Shown here: piece by piece, positions 52,811 through 64,000 of the stretch
How the letters are laid out: every line of letters begins with the position of its first letter
Position numbering within the stretch: position 1 is the first letter of the stretch
From: Octopus sinensis
Taxonomy: Eukaryota
Reading direction: 5' to 3'
Assembly: GCF_006345805.1 (NCBI RefSeq)
Contig: NC_043009.1
Span: 14,632,001 to 14,696,000 of the forward strand
DNA length: 64,000 nt
Translations under genes and position numbers: made by a program
Notes under the pieces: generated by a model
What the model saw: only the letters and a program-made list of their open reading frames with translations
What the model was told of the DNA's origin: nothing
The model's database searches: none

Positions 52811-53047
52811 TTATCTTATGAACTTTATTAGCTTACAGCTGTTTCTAATAAAAAATGAAGTGAACTTATTGTTGAGCGCCTGAATAGCACCATATAGCCT
52901 CATCTGGGCGTCGAACATGTAGTGCAATTTATTTGGGAAAGAATTACTCTTGTGTCTGTAGGAAAGGGTGTAATTCAGGCACTCAAATATGAATGGACTA
53001 CATGTTATAGTTGAAACAGCTGTAAGCTAATGAAGTTCATAAGATCA
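52811..53047. repeat. 35-bp inverted repeat (33/35) carrying the GAAACAGCTGTA hammerhead 3' half
   Basis: 52811-52845 is the reverse complement of 53013-53047 with 2 mismatches; spacer 167 bp. Confidence 0.85.
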
Positions 53048-53455
53048 TTTATTCCATTGTCATCTTTCTTTTCACCACTCTATACTGAGCTAACACTTCT
53101 TTCTCAAACATATGTATGTTAAGTTCTACACGTGGTTATTAGTCTCGCAATGGCTAAGCACAATATATACATACATTCATACATACATATACTTCTCTCC
53201 CTCTCTCTCTCTGTATATATATATATATATAAATCAGTAACTGGTGGGGTTGTGTTGACTGCACGTGAAGAAATGATAGGAGAGGAAAAATTATAATAAT
53301 AATAAATTTCTTTTCCCTTTCCAAATCTTGAAAATTTGCCTTGCTTTGAAAACTGCTTTGATTTATTATTTTTTCTTTTTAAATTTTTCATACACCCATT
53401 TCTATTAAAATTTACTTTCAATTTAGCATTCTGCCTTATTATAATTTTTCCTCTC

Positions 53456-53489
<34 letters not shown>

Positions 53490-54019
53490 AGAGAGAGTGA
53501 TAGAAAGAAAAGAGAGTGAGAGATAGACAGAAAGAGGGAGAGAGAAAAGGGAGAGAGAAAGGGAGATAGAGAGATAGATAAACATACATATACATACAAC
53601 CTTTCTTCAATACACACACATAGAGATATTCAGACACATGCACTCAAAAGTTAAGTCTATATTTGTGCATAGGGATAATATATACGGATGTACATACGGA
53701 TGTGTATATGTATGTATATGCTTCTATATGTAATCTATGTTACCCATAAGAATGGTTCTCTGCGGTGGATTATATTTGGTATTTTTTATGTTAATTTCGT
53801 TGTTTATTAGTAATACAAATTCATATAACTACTCATATAGAATTTTTGTTATCTAGTTCAAAAAATGTCCAGTATTACAATTCTTGGCCTGTGTTTATGT
53901 ATGAACGCACGTATGTATGTATGTATGTATGTATGTATGTATGTATGTATGTATGCATGCATGTATGCATGTATGTATGCATGTATGCATGTATGTATGT
54001 ATGTACGTATTTTCCTTTC

Positions 54020-55390
54020 TGCTTTGAGATATTTCTAACAAAAGCTGGTTTCTAACAAAAGTACAGAATTATATCGTTTGGATTGAGATAAGAGAAGCAA
54101 TGTCACATATTGTGATGTTCGAGTTAGATGGTTGATTACTTTTTCTGATTGCAAGGGTGGTTTTGCTACATGTTTCCAGTTCTCACGATGACATACCCAT
54201 GCATGGTATTTGTTTTTGACTGCTAAGCATTTTGCATCTAGCTCTTCTTTGAAATATGGTATTCCTGCTGTTTTGGAGCTGTATGAGAGGTCGCCAGGTG
54301 GAGAGTGCTGTCCGAGAGACACTAAACGAAACTCGAAGGCTATCCACACGACTTTCAAACCTCTACTTCCCTTATATTTTCTTAGGTAGAGACTGTCGAT
54401 GTTATTGTTCTTGTGGAGATTTGTAGTTGATGTCAGTATTTTGCAAGGTTTAATGTCTATGGAGTACATTTCTTCTACAGACCAGTGAATTATCCGAAGT
54501 TTTGGAATCAACACTGGTACTACAAATGAATTGAGGGACATTGCCTTGTGAGAGAAGAGTTCTGACTGCTATATTTTTCCGTCTGGCAAAAACACTCGGG
54601 TTACTCTATCTTTATTCTCCGACAAGTTTTCATTAATTATTAGGTACTTCTTGTGGGAGAGGAAAATTTGTGTGACCGTTGATGCCCAGGTTTGGGGTCT
54701 GGGTTACTGGTTTTCCCCGTTCATGATTGAAATTTAAAGATTCATTTTCTAATTCCATATCTATATCAGCTGAAATTGTTAACAATTCCATCTTTGGCTT
54801 TATTATTTCTTTCATAATTTTTGAGATGATTCACAAAGAAATTATAGGTTTCATTAATATTTCTACCAGATCCTATCGTGTAACCATCTAAATTTTGTGT
54901 TAAGGTTTTAATGAATATAATGCCAAATGAAGAGAATTTCAGAAATAAGACTGTATAAATCTCCTTGATATATTCTCTTTCCTTCGCCCAGTTTTAAGGA
55001 TTTGTAGGATTTGCTTTCAATCTCTTTGTGAGTCTGTCAATGGTATCAATTAAAACAGCAAGCACTTTTGCGAAGTAGAGACACTACAGCAAGCATGAGT
55101 GGGAAATAGATTCAAATGCCTTCGACCGTTCGACCGTGGTCGAGGCAATGGAATTTACCATGTTGCGCCAGACTTCACGGTCCATCATAGCATTACGGAG
55201 GTCCTGTTGCTGGATGCCTGTATCCCTGGAGATTACATCAGGGTAGGAGAGTGTGCGCCCTGTGGTGTTGCGAGTAGATGGCTTCCAGAGGAGAAGAGTA
55301 GAAATTACTTCTTTTTCAGACATTACTTCTTTTTCAAATGCCTTACTATAACCAAGCAATAGTGTTGTAAGGCTCCTACTATATGTAACA
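54020..55390 (-). mobile_element. RLE-type (R4/Dong-like) LINE remnant, internally deleted, interrupted by an RTE insertion
   Basis: LLGYSKAFE/SISHSCLL (D..KAFDS motif), RIYQGDLYS, NFFVNHLKNY (FVDDLKLY), SFVVPVLIP…ILTSTTNLHKNNNIDSLYLRKYKGSRGL. 3' end similar to 27990-28030. Confidence 0.8.
55123..55332 (-). mobile_element. Short RTE 3' fragment (same family as 37445-37750) with a 12-bp TSD
   Basis: EKEVISTLLLWKPSTRNTTGRTLSYPDVISRDTG…DREVWRN. Perfect flanking direct repeat ttcaaatgcctt at 55111-55122 and 55333-55344. Confidence 0.92.
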
Positions 55391-56329
55391 CATATACATG
55401 ATGGATTTAATTGATAGAATTGAATGAAATTAAACTTTTAATATCAGTGCTCCAGTACTACGTATAGTTTAACATTTCATTTATCTAATAGTTTGTGTCA
55501 AATAATTTTTCAAAGGCAGTAAATTTTTTATTGTTATGAAATAGTCCCTGCGTATATCTGTTTTTATTTATATATTTATCTATTCATTTATTTATTCATT
55601 TTATCATTTATGCACTAACGAAAGCTGAAAGGACAATCATATAAAATTAGATGAAATTTATCTCCTTTTATACACGAGTAGAGTTTTTTTCCCGATACCC
55701 TTTAGTTGTATTTTTTAGTATTTTCTTCTCTAAGATCTTTTTACCGATGTAGACCAGTAATGGATTTCCCAGTCTTAGATTTCATGAAATAATTTCGGTC
55801 AGACATCAATATTGCACAACTATGTAAACCGATAAACGTTTTAATCTTTTGTGATTATATTTTACTTTACACCTTGCCGTGCTTGGCTTGTAATGTTCCC
55901 TTTGCGTCTCATGGGAGCGTTGTGGCAAACTTTGGTTACAAGGAACTATAAAATGTGGTATTTCATCATTTTTATTTTTTAATGAAGTCAAACACGAGTT
56001 CTGGTAAAGTGATATGTATTGAACATCTTGTGGGGAAATAGGTTATTCAGTTTCAATATATTTAATATCCCCTCTTATGTTTGATACATGATATGCACTA
56101 GCAATGTACTTTATCGCATTTTATTTATCATGACAATCGGATGCTGTCATGGTAATCCAACCTGATGCGATTAGACATTAGTTCATCAGCTGAGTTCATG
56201 CATGTAGAAATGCTAAGTATTATCTTACTTGTTTGCATACCTAATTAGAAAAAAAACAAATAAATAAGATCATATGTACTTGAAGAGCTACAGACCTATA
56301 AGGTGCCTTTTCTAGATTCTGTATCATAT

Positions 56330-56425
56330 TTGTTACAGAAAACCAAGCATCGACCAGAGGAGGAATCGACACCACGATCTTAGAACTAGGAGCTCCACAA
56401 CCTAACCGCTCTGCCACGCATCTGC
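56330..56425 (-). mobile_element. Degenerate tRNA-derived SINE head
   Basis: Minus strand gcgtggcagagcggttagg…gtggtgtcgattcc has A-box-like and B-box-like motifs but no cloverleaf. Confidence 0.5.
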
Positions 56426-56986
56426 ACATAGGCCTAATTAAACGTAAGTATACTAATGATGTGTATATTAAAAGAACTGTAACACAATCTTCGAAATGTT
56501 TGGATCACAAAGCTACATTTCGTGCAGCAAATACAATATATAACCCTGGCTTCGCGAAAATGTTTCAAGGAATATATATTTACCCCACTTGGTATAATAA
56601 TCATTCTTATATCCTTCTCGCGAAAACAGTTATTTATAGAAGAGAATAGATGTGAAATTGATAAAATGTCATAATTTTAGTATTTAACGTAATTTACCAA
56701 TATAAAATAATATATAAATAAAAGTAATGTATACATGAAATGTGTATATTAGATATTCACGTATTACATGCGTATGTGTGTATCTTGAATATGTGTATAT
56801 ATGTGTATATATGTGTGTGTCTGTCTAAATATATATTAAATACAAATAGCAAGTATGATGGGGGACGGGATAAACTACCTGCATCAACTTGCTCTAATGC
56901 CAGGTAGTAATTTTACCTTGACTTAATTCTTAGTGCAGGTTTTGAACAGTGCAGTTGGATTTTAACATTATTTTTTCATAGCTATA

Positions 56987-57455
56987 ATCGAAGTGACAAA
57001 GGAGCATATTCAGCGTATTTTGCTTTATGAGTTCAATGAAGGCAACAACGCAACGGAAACTGCGAGGAATATACATGCAGTATATGGTCATCGGACAATA
57101 AGCGTAAGCTAGTGTCAACGGTGGTTCCAAAATTCTGACACGGAAACTACAGTCTTGAGGACGAGTCTCGTCCTGGAAGATCTGTAGAGTTCGATGACGA
57201 CATCCTACAAACCCTGGTGAAACAAAACCCCATCACAACTGTCGAAGAATTAGTAGAGAAGTGTGGATTTGGCCATTCAAACATTGACTGACTCCTGCGT
57301 GCTATCGGAAAAGTCAGCAAATTGGGTGAATGGGTTCCTCACAAACTTTCCGAGTCTAATCGCGCGGTGTGAGTTAATGTGTGCTCTCCTTTGCTGTCAC
57401 GTCTCACGAATGAATCTTTTTTGACAGAATAGTGACTGGTGACAAGAAATTCTAT
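56987..57455 (+). mobile_element. Mariner transposase N-terminal half (third family)
   Basis: EVTKEHIQRILLYEFNEGNNATETARNI…CQRWF…NYSLEDESRPGRSVEFDDDILQTLV…GKVSKLGEWVPHKLSESN…RIVTGD (WVPH motif). Truncated at a (TA)n tract. Confidence 0.92.
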
Positions 57456-58099
57456 AAAAATATATGCATATATATATATATATATATATAATTTAAATAA
57501 AGGTTAAAAAAGTAACGTGAAGAGATAGAAAATATCAAATGAATTACAGGTGTGTTACCTATTATTTTGCTGTAAATAGTAATATTCCTAAAATAATAGT
57601 CTTAAATATAAATCTTGGATTATATATATTCAAATTAAAATACAGAAAAGGGAGAAGTAGCATTACTATAATCTATTAACTTCATAAATTCAACATGATC
57701 ACTTACAGCTGTTTCGAGTTTGCATAAAAGAATTAGATTCCAGTAATTGAAACATTATATTGGGCAAGATCACGTCAGAGGAGTAAAAAAGGCATAACGT
57801 CAGATTATTACATCTTATTCTTCTAAAAACATTTCATCAGACTGAAAGTCATTTAATTACTAATATTGGTATAAACCTTGGTCAGTGGGTAATAGGTTAT
57901 GTAATGGTAATAATTGGTAAATAAATGTTAGATAATGAGTTACAGCAAAAATAGCATTAAATGATTGAAAGAACAAATCATTAATCACTTTATAATTTGT
58001 TTAAGAAATTGTTTGAACTACTATGAAAAATAAATTACAAAATAATCGTACTCAGAAAGGACACCAGTTTTGTTATATATACACAGTGCACACTTATAC

Positions 58100-59035
58100 A
58101 CATATCTTTTTATTGCTAATTTGAAGGCGCTGAATCTTATAAGGACCTTACTTTTTTCTTGGTTAGCTACCGCTTTTCTGTACAGCCAAAGCGGCGTTTT
58201 TGGAAAAGAAAGCATTTTTTCATTTGTTTTCTGTAATATTTGATATTAATCGATGGCAATATTTCTGAAAGTAAAATCGTAGAAACCTCTCAATTCGTAT
58301 TTAAACCAACAAATATCGGTTACCTTACTGAGAAACACTATTTTTGCAATAACAGTCAAACTCTAAGTCTTTAAAAATAACACGATCGAATATACCAAGA
58401 CCAAGAAGTATTTTCATCAAATCATTAAATTAACTAACAGCAAAAAGAAAACCTTCGTGAACATAAGAACTATGGTAAAAAAATGTTCTCTTTCTTGATT
58501 GTGTGTCCTGTTCAATGTTTTTTAAGTCCCTTTTGATATTGCAGCAGTAGTCAGCCATCATTCGTTTGTCCCACCGTCCCTGGTAGCGCTCTTTCATTGC
58601 TTTGATATCCTGATGGAATCGTTCTCCTTGCTCATCACACACGTCGCCGCAATTATCCGGAAATTTATCTAGATGGCTACGTAAAAAATGAACCTTAACA
58701 CTCATATTAGCGCTTATGTCCAGTCGACATTTCAACAGCTTTTCCACTAACTCCATGTATGTTTGCGGCCCAGCGATTGCCTAAGAAGGTTTTCACCACG
58801 TCAACAAACTGTGTCCAAGCGCGTAATTCCAATTCATTTATTGAATTAACAAATTCATCATCGTTAATGAGTTTCCTGATATCAGGACCATCAAACACTC
58901 CTGCTTTTTCGATGCTATGCCCTGGAAACGATTTACCTATATACTCAGAACATTTACTTTCTTTGTTGAGTGAGTTTACATACTGTTCCATTAATCCCAA
59001 TTTGATATGCAAGGGAGGGAAGATGATATTTCTTC
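58100..59035 (-). mobile_element. DNA transposon 3' half, CMC-superfamily (Chapaev-3-like) transposase
   Basis: PPLHIKLGLMEQYVNSL…AGVFDGPDIRKL…FLGN, then after a frameshift NMSVKVHFLRSHLDKFPDNCGDVCDEQGERFHQDIKAMKERYQGRWDKRMMADYC. Transposase identity is strong; the Chapaev-3 label is from memory. Confidence 0.75.
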
Positions 59036-59129
59036 TTTCTTTCCATCTCCTCATTCTTTTGCCCCCTTCCTCTATGTCGTCATCTTATTAATGTATTTCA
59101 CTCTCATCTTCCCTTATTTTCCCCTATTT

Positions 59130-59185
59130 GTCTCTGATGACGGAATATCCTATACACGGGGTAATCTCAGAAACAGCTATAAGAT
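59130..59185 (+). ncRNA. Decayed hammerhead-like motif
   Basis: GUCU-CUGAUGA-(cggaauaucc uauacac gggguaaucuca)-GAAA-CAGCU-AUA-AGAU: core intact, stem III has a C.A mismatch, base of stem II unpaired. Confidence 0.35.
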
Positions 59186-59688
59186 TTTGAATTTCTTCCT
59201 ATAATAATATTGTATACGACTTGAGATCTTGAGATGTTTGCTTTGCCTTAAAGTTTACTGTCCTGTTTAGCAATTAAATAAATAAATATATATCTATATA
59301 CACACACATACATTCATGTATGTAAGTGTAGAGATGTAGATATATTTATATAAACACACCTGTTTTTTCTCTTGTATATGTGTGCGCAGGAATTTTTATC
59401 AACATACATTCATCCGTCTTTGGTAACAATTTTAAATCCATTGAAATAACGTATATCATGCTCAGTACAATATTTGGCAAATATTTCTTCTCTCTCTCTC
59501 TCCTCTCTCTCTCTCTCTTTCAAACACACACTCCTACACGTATCCATATGCATAAATGCATACTCACACAATGCTGCTATACAGTTAATCTCCATGTTTG
59601 GTGTTGTTTATCTTACACAATTATAGATGTAGACACACATGGGCGTTTACAATTACACTATTATGTAGCATCAATTATATACTCATAT

Positions 59689-59751
<63 letters not shown>

Positions 59752-60226
59752 TGCGTGTATGTGTGTGTATGAGCGTGCATCCGTTTGTATACCTGGGTAC
59801 ATATGCATATGTTCTCTTTTTTCATTATATTTATTATTACCTTATACATTTTTATAACACACCTTTCTCGTTGCATTGTAAAGCGAATAAATGAGAAATA
59901 ACTAATTTTTCCCGTAAAAAATTTCGAAAAAGTTTTCGTAAATGTATATAAATACGGCAGTCTAAGCCGACAAGAATGCACAAAATAACAGATGGTTTTT
60001 GACAATATTCAGTGCTTCAGATGCATATGTGAAATTTCAAGAGAATGGGAAAAAAATCGTATGAAGATGCAGAAAATTACCGGCATATCTGTTTACCTGT
60101 GTACACATACGTATATATGTATATATATTCTGATAAGATATTGTATGTATATATATACATATACATAGATGCATACATACACAAAAACGCACACAAACTC
60201 ACACACATATATGTTATATCTATCTA

Positions 60227-60264
<38 letters not shown>

Positions 60265-60286
60265 TGTGTGTGTGTATATATATATA

Positions 60287-60332
<46 letters not shown>

Positions 60333-61299
60333 GATGTGTGAGTATATTATTAGCAATAATACAACAGTTAATTGTGCAGGAAAGTTTGTGATGTTCGATC
60401 TCATAGCACACCTGAAAAAACATTTTCACAACCGAAACACCTATATTTCCATGTACATAGCAAACATGTAAGAGAAAAAAATCATTTTAAATACATTTCT
60501 CACTTGTTTGTAAATACAGCTACATGCATTTTTTAAAATTTTCTCTTAGAAATATGAAAAACATCAACAATTATGGTGGAATGTACTTAGATATTTTTGG
60601 ATATTTACATTAACCTATGCATTCAAATTTTTATCTGTCATTCTGAAATATAACAGATGCACTTCAAACAAGTAATATTTAAATCTTCCATATATATTAA
60701 CTGGCGGGTAAATATTAATTATTTATAAACGCATGGTTTTTTGTTATGTAATGATAATATGCTACTAAGTATCTTAAACGTTTTTATAAGTCAAACCGAG
60801 TACTACTTTGTTAGCAATGGAAATAAATCACGTATTAACGTCATCTCTACAGATTTTCTAGAGAGATTATAGCTAGCATCGATTTTGTTACGAAGTTTCG
60901 TATCCAAGACGTCAGATGTAAACAAATAACAACATCTAACCCATTAATTGATCACGAACTCATTGATTAAAACGTCACTACATATAGCAATATAACGATA
61001 TTGGATAAATCAATTTACGTATTAAACACATCCCGGAAGCTGGCGCGTAAATATTAATAACGTGTAGGCACACGGTATTTCATTTTGCAGTACCCTGCTA
61101 ACACACCAGTACACAGAATTGACTTATAAAAATATTTGATATAGGTTCTAACTTATGTTTGCATAAACAAATACCGTGTGCCTACAATTCTTTAACGTTT
61201 AGGTACCAGCTTCCAGGAATGAGTTTAATATGTAAAATGGTATATCCAATATCGATACACCACTATATGTACACACCCATTACACATTTTTGCATCTTG

Positions 61300-62134
61300 A
61301 GCAGTCGCGTTGCAAGCGGTATCGAGATCCGTATAAGATCAGTGGGCTGGAATTTGCAGACGATATCGTACAACTCAACACATCGGAAGGTTACCTCAGA
61401 AGCGCACTTGATAACTTTGCTGCAGGAATGAAAATCTATGCCGCGGAGTCTTCTCCAGGATGCTTGCGCAATGCAATGCACTTTTGAGTGGAGTTCCACT
61501 GCAAAACGTAGAGATGTTCAAATATCTCGGGGTTGTTTTCACGTTTGATGGAAGCCAGGAGACTAAATTAAGTTCAAGTATTACGGGAGCTAATGTAGAA
61601 ATGCGCCAACGTCTACTTTCGGTCATCAGAAGAAGGGAGATAGGTATAGAAACTGTTATCGTAATCTTCAGTTCGGTGTTCGTGCCTACGTTATGTATTG
61701 TTATCGATCTTGCGTAATGACTCAAAGATTACGATCGTGATTATAAGTGCTTGGGATAGGCGCCTTCTATTCTTAGGAGTAACGTTACTCGATAAACTGC
61801 ATAACTCGGAGATTATAAGCGCTCCGGGTAGAACTGTTACCTCTCTGAACTGACAGATTAAAGCCAGGTTAGTACTGACATGTAGTAAGAATATCTCAGG
61901 AAAGAATCACGGTCAAAACTAACTGGCAGGAAACGACGGGCTAGACCATGAGCAAGATGGTTGGAATACATCACTGATCTCAGTTGTTTTCACTTGGAGA
62001 TCCAGGTGAATCAAAAGGCGAGAGTTATTTCTGGCAAGGCCAGATAGAAGAGGTACTTCAAGACATTGCTCCGACAATCCTTGTTGAATTAAGTCGGTGA
62101 CAAAGATGAGATGAGATGAGATGTGATGAGATGA
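61300..62134 (+). mobile_element. RTE-clade LINE 3' fragment with (GATGA)n tail
   Basis: ISGLEFADDIV, VEMFKYLGVVFTFDG, FSSVFVPTL, GVTLLDKLHNSEI, GRKRRARP*ARW; tail at 62105-62134. Confidence 0.85.
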
Positions 62135-62149
62135 ACATTGAAAATATCT

Positions 62150-63400
62150 CTCAGTTTAAAAGGTATATTGTTGTTCATCTTGTCGGGCTTTTGCATATTC
62201 AAATGCCTGTTTTGATCAGAGTGAGTCTTAAATGTCTTATTGCAAATATGGCATATGAGTATGTCTGCTGGAATAATGGTTGTGTTATTTGTATCAACGA
62301 TATGAAGATGAGTTCTGAAAGTCAGAAGTTAAGGCACGCGTTGAGCAAACGAAGGATGATACTAATTCTGTTCAGCAATGCATTATTTTGCCTTAATTAT
62401 TTTATCATTTTTGTATAGTTTTGTTTGTTTTTATGCAAAATATTGTACACTTGACCAGGTCATTTACGGCATTTAATAGCAATAGATTCAATCTTTGTAT
62501 GGTATATTCAACAATCCAAGACTTTCTTTTTGCTTATCTGTTGGTTTTTTCTTCTTTATGGTTCCCATTGTTTTCGCTTCCTGTAGATAGATCAGCATTG
62601 AAAATCCTACTTAGCGATGTGTTCATCCCCACTTCCATATCAAATGACCTGTCAAACTCAGCTAATTGGAAACTGACATAGAGCAAATTAAATAGATTCT
62701 TGCTCTTTCTAAAGCATCTGGGTATTGCGTAAACAGTTTCTGGTTAATCATGAGAATTTGTCGAAGACACTTTTCACGAACGCATTCTAAGAATTTCATG
62801 TGGTGATTTTAAACTGCTTTCATTTCTGCCGTATTATAAAAGGGAAATAGCACGAATGTATGATAAATCAATTTTCGTAACTGCACACGATTCCTAACAG
62901 AACGAAAAATATTACCTGCCTTTTGAGTGCTAAATGCAATTTCTGTATCATAAGTGACTTTGAATTTAACTATACTGAAGATATATTTAATGAAATCGAA
63001 AGTAGGTAATCTTTGATTTTCACATATATTAGAGGAACAGTAGGGAGAAACCCTACAGTTTGATACATTAGCACAGGTTGATACGGATTGAATCATTAAC
63101 ACAGTTTTCTTTGCAAACGTGTCACAAGCAGCCTCAAATACATTGATGCCCTCACTGATATTGAACAAGTCATTAGGGGAATCTCTAATAAGAGAGTTAA
63201 GACCAAGCACTTGGTGTCAGCCCTATTTAGATTAAAATGATTTCTTTTAGTATGAGAGCGGATATAAACATCCTCTTCAGGGATACGAAAAGAAATCGAC
63301 AACATAGCGGCAAATTAAACATCGAAAAGTAGTGGAACAACAAGATTAGCCTATTCTACAGCATTATGATGTAAAGTGCATCCGGTTATGATGTTTGTTT
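62150..63400 (-). mobile_element. RTE (BovB-like) LINE remnant with C-terminal C2H2-like finger
   Basis: VVPLLFDV*FAAML, VYIRSHTKRNHFNL, FEAACDTF, DTEIAFSTQKAGNIFRSVRNRV, KFLECVREKCLRQIL, LTGHL, and CHICNKTFKTHSDQNRHL at 62200-62253. Confidence 0.78.
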
Positions 63401-63853
63401 GGAACTCCCATGTTTTGGGAAGTGTGGAAACGCCTCTTAGTTTTTTTTTGTATACTCTAACCATCTGACTCAGAGTAGGATACTGCCAGGATACTAGCTA
63501 TTTGTAATTTAACAAGTCACAGAATTATCATAGGAAGAATATCACACACATACACCAAAAGAGACCCACTTGGGGTACGATTATTCATCTCATTAACACC
63601 TCAGAAGGTAACGCTATGAAAATCCTTCATGAAGATAACTCATGGGCTCTTGGCATTTGTAGTACCAAGCCAGTACAAAATTGAAAGGTGAGAGGGGAAT
63701 TGACTATGCTCTGACCATACCCGCTATAATAATATTCATCGCGTAAGTGGTCCGGCAAATGCTGATTCGAAATAAATCAAGGTTTTTTATACTCAGTGGA
63801 GAAACAATGGAAGTAGACAACAATACACCTGATAATAATACAGAGTGTGTATT

Positions 63854-64000
63854 AAGGCGGTGAGCTGGCAGAATCTCTACACGCCGAGTAAAATGCTTTA
63901 CAGAATTTCGTCTGTGTTTACATTCTGAGTTCAAATGCTGTTAAGGTTGACTTTGCATTTCATCCTTTCGGGATCGATAAAATAAGTACCAGTTGAGCAC
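63854..64000 (+). mobile_element. SINE family B (runs off the window)
   Basis: aaggcggtgagctggcagaatc…ctgagttcaaatg…gactttgcatttcatcctttcgggatcgataaaataagtaccagttgagcac. Confidence 0.85.

Noticed and set aside
57698-57746. Minus-strand GAAACAGCUGUA with a 6-bp stem I partner
   Set aside because: The CUGANGA half of the core is absent. It is a relic at best, not callable as a ribozyme, and is mentioned only as supporting context.
195-60471. Many ORFs rich in YI/IY, CV, polyL, polyY, polyH, polyN and ER repeats (for example 365-589, 10527-10985, 20691-21287, 30564-31046, 32982-33836)
   Set aside because: They are translations of TA, TG, TCTA, trinucleotide and GA microsatellites that lack stop codons by composition, not genes.

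Overview
AT-rich, repeat-dense eukaryotic non-coding DNA. The SINE and LINE families and the microsatellite load look like an octopus (coleoid cephalopod) genome; this is inferred from repeat recognition, not a database hit. I found no host protein-coding exon, tRNA/rRNA gene or CRISPR array that I can support. Most ORFs in the supplied track are translations of microsatellites or decayed transposons. The window is a layered transposon graveyard. DNA transposons: Tc1/mariner (three DD34D mariner copies, one with both TIRs; a DD37D maT-like copy; a DD41D rosa-like copy), a hAT transposase, a CMC/Chapaev-3-like transposase and several MITEs. Retroelements: RTE LINEs, RLE-type (R4/Dong-like) LINEs, a Tx1/L1 zinc knuckle, Penelope-like elements, a Ty3/gypsy pol fragment and several tRNA-derived SINE families. 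The main signal that no ORF explains is a set of type I hammerhead-ribozyme folds (22791-22840 minus, 48634-48691 plus, 49520-49572 minus, plus decayed relics). They sit in short Penelope-LTR-like cassettes embedded in (TA)n tracts, each with an inverted-duplication junction. One has a compensatory G3:C8 core swap and one lies inside a perfect 61-bp-arm palindrome. All alignments and folds were done by eye.
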